Below, piece after piece: positions 10,361 to 17,839 of a DNA stretch of 35,473 bases. The position numbers and the translations under genes were made by a program. Source of the DNA: Gammaproteobacteria bacterium (GTDB taxonomy: Bacteria > Pseudomonadota > Gammaproteobacteria > Steroidobacterales > Woeseiaceae); NCBI GenBank assembly GCA_030641695.1, contig DAOWGY010000013.1, positions 1 through 35,473 of the forward strand, in the 5' to 3' direction. How positions within the stretch are numbered: position 1 is the stretch's first letter; the number at the start of each line of letters is the position of its first letter. The notes beneath the pieces are model-generated. The model searched no databases, was not told the origin of the DNA, and saw nothing but the letters and a program-made list of their open reading frames with translations.

Positions 10361-10372
10361 GGAGTGCAAGTT

Positions 10373-13300
10373 TTGAGTTTCAAGGAAGTATCAGGACGAT
10401 ACAACGGGCCGGCCCTCGAAGAAGAAGTGCTTGCGTTCTGGCGTGAGCACCAGACCTTCGAGAAGACGCTCGCGATGTCGGAAGACCGTCCGCGCTTCAG
10501 TTTCAACGAAGGCCCGCCGACTGCAAACGGCAAGCCCGGCATTCACCACGTCCTCGCGCGTGCGTTCAAGGACATCTTCCCGCGTTACAAGACCATGCGT
10601 GGGTACTACGCACCGCGCAAGGCCGGCTGGGATACGCACGGCTTGCCGGTCGAGCACGAAATCGAAAAAGAGCTCGGCATCTTCGACAAGAAAGAAATCG
10701 AGGAGAAGGTCGGCATCGCCGAGTTCACGCGTCGCTGTCGTGAATCCGTCATGCGCTACATCGGCGACTGGGAGAAGATGACGGAACGTATGGGCTTCTG
10801 GGTGCACCTGGACGAAGCGTATTACACGCTCGATAACTCCTATATCGAGTCCGTCTGGAATCTCCTCAAAATCATCTATGACAAGGGGCTCATCTATCGC
10901 GGCTACAAGGTTGTGCCTTACGATCCACGTATCGGTGCGACGCTGTCGTCGCACGAGCTGGCGCTCGGCTACAAGGAAACCGACGACCCGTCGATCACGG
11001 TGCGCTTCAAGTTGCAAGGTGAGAACGACACCTACTTTCTCGTCTGGACGACAACGCCATGGACACTGCCGTCGAATCTCGCACTCGCTGTGGGCGAGGA
11101 CATCGATTACAGCTATTGCGAATCGGATGGACAGACGCTGATCGTTGCCGAAGCACTGCGAGAGGCCGTATTCCGAGATATCGAGCACACAGTGACGAAG
11201 ACCGCGAAGGGTAGCGAACTCATCGGTATGCGATATGAGCAGTTGTTCGATTACCTCGAGGTGAATGCGGAAAACGCATTCCGGGTGCTGGCTGCGGATT
11301 TCGTCAGTACCGAGGACGGCACCGGCATCGTACACACGGCGCCCGCGTACGGCGTCGATGATCTCGCGCTCGGCCAGCAATACGACCTGCCGGTGTTGCA
11401 CAGTGTAGGCCTCGATGGTCATTTCATCGATGTCGTGGAACCGGTTGCCGACCTGTTCTTCAAGGATGCCGACAAGCCATTAATCGGGATTCTCAAGGAG
11501 CGCGGCATGATGTTTCGCTCTGAGCGGTATATCCATAACTACCCGTTCGGCTGGCGCACGGGCGACCCAATTCTCTATTACGCGAAAAACGCCTGGTATA
11601 TCCGCACCTCCAAGTTTCGCGAGCGCATGACCAAGCTGAACCAGACGATCAAGTGGGTGCCTGAGCATATCCGCGACGGGCGCTTCGGCAAGTGGCTCGA
11701 GAACAATATCGACTGGGCACTGTCACGTGAGCGTTTCTGGGGTACTCCTTTCCCGGTTTGGACTAACGGACAAGGTGACTATGTCTGTGTTGGTTCGGTG
11801 GCTGAGCTTGAAGAGCTAAGCGGCAAAACACTGTCGGATCTCGACCTTCACCGACCCGCCGTTGACGAGATTACGTTCGAGCAGGACGGTAGAACCTGGC
11901 GGCGCGTGCCCGAGGTCATCGACTGCTGGTTCGATTCTGGCGCGATGTCGTACGCGCAATGGCACTACCCGTTCGAAAACGAAGATGTTTTCGATAAGCA
12001 CTTTCCAGCCGACTACATCTGCGAGGCCATCGATCAGACGCGCGGCTGGTTCTATACCCTGCACGCGATCGCGACACTCGTTTCCGACAGCGTTGCCTAC
12101 AAGAACTGTATCTGCCTGAACCTGATCGTCGACAAAGACGGCAAGAAGATGTCGAAGTCAGTCGGCAATATCGTCGATCCATACGACGTGTTCGATACGG
12201 TCGGCGCCGATGCGTTGCGGTGGTATTTCCTCGCGCGGCTGTCGCCGGACATGCCGAAACGCATATCCGTGGAGATCGTCGCCGACGTCGCGAGCTCTTT
12301 CATCAACACGTTTTGGAACACCTACGGTTTTTTCGTTTTGTACGCGCGACTGGACGACGTCGACCTGACGAGAAACGTGGCCGTTGAAGATCGGCCCGAA
12401 ATCGACCGCTGGGCGCTCGCGCTCACACACCAGACGATCACGATCGTTACGGAAGCGCTCGACGATTACGATGCCAAGACCGCGGGCGAGGCGATCGAGT
12501 CTTTCATCGATCAGCTCAGCAACTGGTACGTGCGCCGCAATCGCCGTCGCTTCTGGAAATCGACGGATCCCGAGGACAAGCACAAGGCCTACCTGACGCT
12601 TTACGAGTGCCTGAAGGCTGCGCACGAACTCATGGCGCCATTCGTACCGTTCCTCGCGGAGCACGTGTACCAGAATCTCGTGAAGAGTATCGATGCCGAT
12701 GCGCCCGACAGCGTGCACATGGTTGCCTGGCCCGAGGCGGAGCCTGCATGGCGGAACGACGAATTGCTGCATGACATCGGCGTTGTACAAAAGGTCGTCG
12801 GGCTGGCACGCGCCGCGCGCGGGCAGTCCGGTGTAAGGACACGGCAACCATTGTCCCGCTTGCTGGTTCGCGCACCTGACGATGCGGCGGCAAAGGCGCT
12901 GCAGGATCACCAGGAGCAGATCCTCGAGGAACTCAACGTCAAGACCATCGAATTCATCGCGCGCGACGCAGGGCTCGTCAGCTATCGAATCAAGCCGAAT
13001 TTGCCCGTGCTCGGAAAGCGTTATGGCAAGTTGATTCCGGCGATCCGCAAAGCGCTCGAGGAAGCCGACGGTGCTGCGATTGCCAGCGCCGTGGCGCGTA
13101 GCGAGAAATTCGACATCGAAGTCGGCGCCGACATACTGACGCTCGAGAGTGGTGATGTGCTGATCGAGACCCACTCGGCCGCAGGCTACGCTTGTGCCGA
13201 GGACGGGGGCTACCTGACAGCGCTGGACACCAGCCTGAACGCTAAGCTCGTCAACGAGGGTGTGGCGCGCGAAATCGTGCGTTCGATTCAGGATGCCCGC

Positions 13301-13507
13301 AAGCAGGCAGGCCTGGAAGTTTCGGACCGCATCGTACTTGGAGTTGCCGGTTCAGGTGGTATCGAGACGGCGCTCGGCGAGCACCGGGATTACATAATGA
13401 CGGAGACGCTGGCGACTACCTGGGAGGTGGGCCAATCAGACGCGCTCTACGCCGATAAGCGCGAGCTGGGCGACGAGCACTGGACGCTCGAATTCCGCAA
13501 AGCATGA
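10373..13507 (+). CDS. ileS: Isoleucine--tRNA ligase, type 2 (eukaryote-like) form
   Basis: About 1045 aa with a HIGH-region variant (PTANGKPGIHHVLAR) and KMSKS (GKKMSKSVGN). The C-terminus has no Cys-rich zinc-finger tail. Start is either TTG at 10373 (GGAG RBS at 10361-10364, product MSFKEV...) or GTG at 10364 as in the ORF track. Confidence 0.95.
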   Translation: MSFKEVSGRYNGPALEEEVLAFWREHQTFEKTLAMSEDRPRFSFNEGPPTANGKPGIHHVLARAFKDIFPRYKTMRGYYAPRKAGWDTHGLPVEHEIEKELGIFDKKEIEEKVGIAEFTRRCRESVMRYIGDWEKMTERMGFWVHLDEAYYTLDNSYIESVWNLLKIIYDKGLIYRGYKVVPYDPRIGATLSSHELALGYKETDDPSITVRFKLQGENDTYFLVWTTTPWTLPSNLALAVGEDIDYSYCESDGQTLIVAEALREAVFRDIEHTVTKTAKGSELIGMRYEQLFDYLEVNAENAFRVLAADFVSTEDGTGIVHTAPAYGVDDLALGQQYDLPVLHSVGLDGHFIDVVEPVADLFFKDADKPLIGILKERGMMFRSERYIHNYPFGWRTGDPILYYAKNAWYIRTSKFRERMTKLNQTIKWVPEHIRDGRFGKWLENNIDWALSRERFWGTPFPVWTNGQGDYVCVGSVAELEELSGKTLSDLDLHRPAVDEITFEQDGRTWRRVPEVIDCWFDSGAMSYAQWHYPFENEDVFDKHFPADYICEAIDQTRGWFYTLHAIATLVSDSVAYKNCICLNLIVDKDGKKMSKSVGNIVDPYDVFDTVGADALRWYFLARLSPDMPKRISVEIVADVASSFINTFWNTYGFFVLYARLDDVDLTRNVAVEDRPEIDRWALALTHQTITIVTEALDDYDAKTAGEAIESFIDQLSNWYVRRNRRRFWKSTDPEDKHKAYLTLYECLKAAHELMAPFVPFLAEHVYQNLVKSIDADAPDSVHMVAWPEAEPAWRNDELLHDIGVVQKVVGLARAARGQSGVRTRQPLSRLLVRAPDDAAAKALQDHQEQILEELNVKTIEFIARDAGLVSYRIKPNLPVLGKRYGKLIPAIRKALEEADGAAIASAVARSEKFDIEVGADILTLESGDVLIETHSAAGYACAEDGGYLTALDTSLNAKLVNEGVAREIVRSIQDARKQAGLEVSDRIVLGVAGSGGIETALGEHRDYIMTETLATTWEVGQSDALYADKRELGDEHWTLEFRKA

Positions 13508-13526
13508 CCCCTGGGCCACCGTCAGT

Positions 13527-13901
13527 CTAGTTTGGCGCCGACGTAACGAGGAATGGCGGGACTTTGCCCTGATCTTCGGTGAGTGGCAGCGGCTCCTGCA
13601 GGTTTCCGGCCTGGCGAATGATCTCGCCATACGGTGACACGACGGATTCTGCACATTTGCTGGCGTCGTCGACCGACATCTTGCGTACCGAGGCGCAGAT
13701 CGGCCCTTCGCCGTTCAACGGCGCCACACGGTGCATTCGGGTCTTCAGCTTCGAGAAGCGTTTCTTGAGACCGCGCGGTAATTCGTCCTCGCCAATCTCG
13801 TCCAGATTATCCTGGTAGGCCTTCATAAGCCTTTGTTTTATATGGCCATCGCCGGCGAGCACCGACACCGCGGCATAAAAGCGGTCGACGTGGTAAGTCA
13901 T
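13527..13901 (-). CDS. Hypothetical protein (orphan, about 124 aa)
   Basis: ORF with a GGAG RBS 5 nt upstream of the ATG at 13901; the ORF-track GTG at 13907 is an alternative start. Sequence MTYHVDRFYAAVSVLAGDGHIKQRLMKAYQDNLDEIGEDELP... I do not recognise a family. No TM segment or signal peptide. Confidence 0.5.
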   Translation of the reverse strand: MTYHVDRFYAAVSVLAGDGHIKQRLMKAYQDNLDEIGEDELPRGLKKRFSKLKTRMHRVAPLNGEGPICASVRKMSVDDASKCAESVVSPYGEIIRQAGNLQEPLPLTEDQGKVPPFLVTSAPN

Positions 13902-13930
13902 TTCCACTCCAGCGTTTCTGTTCTTGTTGT

Positions 13931-13963
13931 GCCGCTTGTTTTCACCTCTCAGCGGCTTTTTTT
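13931..13963 (+). terminator. Weak terminator-like hairpin with a T7 tract on the plus strand
   Basis: GCCGCT (13931-13936) / AGCGGC (13951-13956) with a 14-nt loop, followed by TTTTTTT (13957-13963). The stem is only 6 bp, so this is tentative. Confidence 0.3.
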
Positions 13964-14143
13964 ACGCTTTCTGAGTCGACTACGTCCTGTAGTCGTCGGC
14001 CCGATGAGGGCCCACCTTATTCCTCCCTGATCTATCAGATACCTGCGCCTGTTTCTTATAGCAGAGTTTTCGAACCGCGCGCAAGTGTTAGTAATCGACG
14101 ACAAAGCGTGAAAACAAGTCTAATCCCGATTGTGGCAGATTTT

Positions 14144-15157
14144 CTACAGCGTGCGTATTGGGTAATACACGTAGGTCAGGAGCTCGGATTCATCCACTTT
14201 GGTCGGATCGCTGGCGTAGGATTCCCAGGCGTCGCCCTGTCGTTCGATGCCGAGCGCGGCCAGATAAGCGGCTATCTTGCGGTGTGTCAAACCGAGGGTC
14301 CGGTAGGAGCCGATGTGCTGGATTCGAATGACGGGTCCCCCATAGGTCGAGCCAAGCTTGACCAGGGTGCCGTCGTGAGACGTCGCGTCGGTGACGCCGC
14401 GTACCGGAATTGCGGCGTCAAAACGCAGTTCCGCGCCGACAAAGCTGCGCGATATCGAGATGGGCGCACCCGCCTCGGCCAGTCCCTGTTCGTCAATGAA
14501 CGACAGTATCTCGAAATAGGCCCTGCCCATTGCCTCGGAGATGGCCGCAGGCTCCGGCGTTGACGTCGTTGGCAAGTAGGCTATTTGCTGCGGATCGACC
14601 ACAATATGTTCGATCTGGAGGTCGCTGAAGTCAGTGCGCGGCAGCGTCTCAGCGAGCTCCTTGAGTGCTGCGATGCCACTTTCGTACTCTCTCCTGATGA
14701 CACCGGTCAACAATAGCGAGGCATAGCGACCGACTATATTGAATCCGTAGTCGTGCTCGAATCCCCAGATGACCGTAGCGTCGTCACCAGCGCTGCCGAT
14801 TTTGAACCAGGTACGTGCTTCACCGAATTCGCCAGGATTGATCGCCGTCGAAACCTGTTCGAACGGCCGACTCTCGGTAATGGTCTGCGTGCCGCTGCCG
14901 ATGACGACACCATCCCAGGTCACGGTTGCTCCGACACCGCGAGTCGGACCGGAAAACACGACACGCGCGTTCGGGTCGGTCGCGCTTCTCGGCGCCCAGA
15001 GATTCACTCGCCGAAAGTCATTGACCAGGGCGAACACGGTTGCCGGCTGCGCATCGATTACAGTACTGACTTCGACACGACTGGCACTGGGTAATGCAAG
15101 ACCGACAATGATAAGCAGCGCAATGAAAGCGCCGACGCCATACAGAAATTTTTGCAC
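14144..15157 (-). CDS. Membrane-anchored SRPBCC (START/polyketide-cyclase-like) domain fused to a GyrI-like small-molecule-binding domain
   Basis: GTG start at 15157, product VQKFLYGVGAFIALLIIVGLAL (TM anchor). The first half is SRPBCC-like (IDAQPATVFALVNDFRRVNLW). The C-terminal half is GyrI/AraC-effector-like (GSYRTLGLTHRKIAAYL...ESYASDP...TYVYYPI). The ORF-track start at 15382 is an implausible extension running through murI. Confidence 0.7.
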   Translation of the reverse strand: MQKFLYGVGAFIALLIIVGLALPSASRVEVSTVIDAQPATVFALVNDFRRVNLWAPRSATDPNARVVFSGPTRGVGATVTWDGVVIGSGTQTITESRPFEQVSTAINPGEFGEARTWFKIGSAGDDATVIWGFEHDYGFNIVGRYASLLLTGVIRREYESGIAALKELAETLPRTDFSDLQIEHIVVDPQQIAYLPTTSTPEPAAISEAMGRAYFEILSFIDEQGLAEAGAPISISRSFVGAELRFDAAIPVRGVTDATSHDGTLVKLGSTYGGPVIRIQHIGSYRTLGLTHRKIAAYLAALGIERQGDAWESYASDPTKVDESELLTYVYYPIRTL

Positions 15158-15181
15158 GCCGTACTCTGGCACAATGCGCGT

Positions 15182-16009
15182 ATGAATGCACCAGAGACCA
15201 GACGCTTGCCGATCGGAGTCTTCGACTCCGGTGTTGGCGGGTTGACCGTGCTCAAGGCGATGCGAGATTTGTTGCCGAACGAGGACCTCGTGTACCTCGG
15301 TGACACCGCGCGGCTCCCCTACGGCACCAAAAGCCCGGCGTCGATCAACCGCTATGCGAGCCAAGCCACACTGCAGCTGCAACAGCAGGGCATCAAATTG
15401 CTTGTCGTCGCCTGTAATACGGCGTCGGCCGTTGCGATTGACGCATTACGCAAGCAAATGCATCCATTGCCGGTCATCGGAGTCGTCGAGCCGGGTGCGA
15501 TGGCGGCGGTCGAATCCTGTCCGGGCGGCGCTCACCTGGTTCTGGCAACAGAAGCGACAGTGCAGCTCGGTGCGTACCGGAACGCGATTCGTGAGCGCGA
15601 TGCCGCGGCCGAAGTCCGCGAACTCGCTTGTGAACTACTGGTTTCCCTGGCGGAGGAGGGCTGGACCGACGGCGCCATTGCCGAAGCCATCGTGCGTCGC
15701 TATCTCGAACCGCTCACTGAGGCGTCCTACGTTGCCGACAGCATTATTCTCGGCTGTACGCATTTTCCGTTGCTGAGGTCCGCGATCGAAGCGACCGTCG
15801 ATGCAGGAACTACAATCGTCGATTCCGCCAGCACGACGGCGGCGTTCGCCCGTCACATGCTGGACGACGATGACTTGCTCAATGACCAGTCTGCCGCCGG
15901 GAGGCTGCGGCTTCTGGCCACCGACGGCGCGACACGATTCGCTCGTGTCGGCGGACGTTTTCTCGACGAGAATCTCGTCGCGGCAGACATTGAACTGGTG
16001 GACTTATAG
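15182..16009 (+). CDS. murI: Glutamate racemase
   Basis: IGVFDSGVGGLTVL, YLGDTARLPYGTKS, VVACNTAS and ILGCTHFPLL include both catalytic Cys motifs. Start is ATG at 15182, or possibly 15152. Confidence 0.92.
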   Translation: MNAPETRRLPIGVFDSGVGGLTVLKAMRDLLPNEDLVYLGDTARLPYGTKSPASINRYASQATLQLQQQGIKLLVVACNTASAVAIDALRKQMHPLPVIGVVEPGAMAAVESCPGGAHLVLATEATVQLGAYRNAIRERDAAAEVRELACELLVSLAEEGWTDGAIAEAIVRRYLEPLTEASYVADSIILGCTHFPLLRSAIEATVDAGTTIVDSASTTAAFARHMLDDDDLLNDQSAAGRLRLLATDGATRFARVGGRFLDENLVAADIELVDL

Positions 16010-16028
16010 CCGTTGGAGCGCTTCTCGC

Positions 16029-16112
16029 GAAAAAGGGGTCAGAGCCCTTTTTCCTGTAATTCGGTGCTTTCGCATTCCGCTCATCATGAAAAAGGGCTCT
16101 GACCCCTTTTTC
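16029..16112. repeat. 84-bp nested palindromic element (REP/MITE-like, or a bidirectional terminator)
   Basis: GAAAAAGGGGTCAGAGCCCTTTTTC (16029-16053) and its exact reverse complement GAAAAAGGGCTCTGACCCCTTTTTC (16088-16112) are separated by 34 nt. Each 25-mer can also fold on its own (GAAAAAGGG / CCCTTTTTC with a 7-nt loop). Confidence 0.85.
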
Positions 16113-16155
16113 GTTCGTGCAATAATTACTGATTCGTTTTTTGAGAGGAAAAAAC

Positions 16156-17817
16156 GTGACCGTATCGAATTTCGCGCGCACGGCGCGCCTCCTTGCTGTG
16201 GCCATGCTGGCGGCTTCTTGCGGCGCCGAGCCGCCTCCCGATTCGACGGCAGCGGCCGTGACGATGGCCGACCCGCGCCCCGAAATCTATGCCGACTTCG
16301 TGCTGACGGCGGACCTGAGCCACCTCAGCGACAATCAGCGCGACATGATCAAAGTGCTGATCGAGGCCTCCGAGATCATGGACATTCTGTACTGGCGCCA
16401 GGCCTACGGCGACGACTATGAACAGTGGCTCGCTACGGTCGGCATCGACGAGGCGCGGCGCTTCGCCGAACTGAATTACGGTCCCTGGGACAGACTCGCC
16501 GACGAGGCGCCGTTTATTGAGGGCGTGGCCGCAAAACCGCTAGGCGCGAATTTCTATCCGCCGGACATGAGCAAGGAGGAATTCGATGAGGTCTATCTGC
16601 CCGGTAAGAACGGCCTTTACTCGCTGATTCGCCGTGATGACGCCGGTGAACTCGTGCTGGTGCCATACCACGTTGCCTACGCCGCAGAATTGAAGCAGGC
16701 AGCCGGGTTGCTGCGTAAGGCCGCGGGTCTCGCCGAAGACCAGAGTTTCGCGACCTACCTGAAGTTGCGTGCCGCCGCACTCATCAGCGACGATTTCCAG
16801 ACCAGCGACCTGTTCTGGATGGACGTCAAAAATAACGAAATCGACGTCGTCATCGGACCCATCGAGACCTACGAGGATCGCCTGTTCGGTTACCGCGCTG
16901 CCTACGAGTCCTACGTTCTGATCAAGGACACGGAGTGGAGTGACCGGCTGAGTCGATTCGCGATGTTTCTTCCGGAGCTGCAGGAGGGCCTGCCGGTGCC
17001 GGACGAGTACAAGTGGGAGACGCCGGGCACGGACTCCGATCTGAACGCCTACGACGTCGTCTACTACGCCGGGCACAGCAATGCCGGTTCCAAGACCATC
17101 GCAATCAATCTGCCAAATGATGAGCAGGTGCAACTCGAGAAAGGCACGCGGCGGCTGCAGTTGAAGAACGCAATGCAGGCAAAATTCGAGAAGATACTCG
17201 AGCCGATCGCCGGCGAACTCATCGATGAGTCACAGCGACGGCATGTGACTTTCAACGCATTCTTCGGCAACACGATGTTTCACGAAGTGGCTCATGGTCT
17301 TGGCATCAAGAACACGATCGATGGCAGGGGCACCGTGCGTGAAGCTTTGCTCGACGTCTCCTCGAGCATGGAAGAAGGCAAAGCCGACGTACTCGGCCTG
17401 TACATGGTCACGGAACTGCACAAGGCAGGCGAACTCGGTGACGTCGACATCATGGACCACTACGTCACTTTCATGGCGAGCATTTTCCGCTCGATCCGCT
17501 TCGGCGCGAGCAGCGCGCACGGCAAAGCCAACATGGTGCGTTTTAACTTCTTCAAGGAGCACGGCGCGTTCGTGCGAGATCCCGAAAAAGGGACTTATCG
17601 CGTCGATGCCGAGCGCATGACGCTAGCGATGACCGAGCTGTCGCGGCTGTTGCTGACGCTGCAAGGCGACGGCGACTACGCGGGGGCGACCAGGCTGACC
17701 GAAACCAGAGGCGTCATCGGGACGCAATTGCAGGCGGACCTTGATCGCCTGACCAGCGCCGGTATCCCTGTGGATATCACCTTCAAACAGGGCGTCGCCG
17801 AGCTCGGGCTCGAATGA
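16156..17817 (+). CDS. Predicted lipoprotein, dipeptidyl-peptidase III (M49) family, atypical HExxH subgroup
   Basis: Lipobox LAASC near the N-terminus. Zinc motifs FHEVAHGLG and MEEGKADVLG, compared with canonical M49 HExxGH / EExR(K)AE. Start is GTG at 16156 after GAGAGG, or TTG at 16141. Confidence 0.65.
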   Translation: MTVSNFARTARLLAVAMLAASCGAEPPPDSTAAAVTMADPRPEIYADFVLTADLSHLSDNQRDMIKVLIEASEIMDILYWRQAYGDDYEQWLATVGIDEARRFAELNYGPWDRLADEAPFIEGVAAKPLGANFYPPDMSKEEFDEVYLPGKNGLYSLIRRDDAGELVLVPYHVAYAAELKQAAGLLRKAAGLAEDQSFATYLKLRAAALISDDFQTSDLFWMDVKNNEIDVVIGPIETYEDRLFGYRAAYESYVLIKDTEWSDRLSRFAMFLPELQEGLPVPDEYKWETPGTDSDLNAYDVVYYAGHSNAGSKTIAINLPNDEQVQLEKGTRRLQLKNAMQAKFEKILEPIAGELIDESQRRHVTFNAFFGNTMFHEVAHGLGIKNTIDGRGTVREALLDVSSSMEEGKADVLGLYMVTELHKAGELGDVDIMDHYVTFMASIFRSIRFGASSAHGKANMVRFNFFKEHGAFVRDPEKGTYRVDAERMTLAMTELSRLLLTLQGDGDYAGATRLTETRGVIGTQLQADLDRLTSAGIPVDITFKQGVAELGLE

Positions 17818-17839
17818 GAACCCTGGGAGGAAAAACTCA

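Noticed and set aside
10391-13174. 343-aa and 338-aa minus-strand ORFs inside ileS
   Set aside because: They are antisense shadow ORFs of a conserved synthetase gene with no independent signals.
15158-15382. 75-codon N-terminal extension of the SRPBCC/GyrI-like ORF
   Set aside because: It would overlap the conserved murI N-terminus on the other strand. The protein makes sense starting at GTG 15157, directly before its TM anchor.
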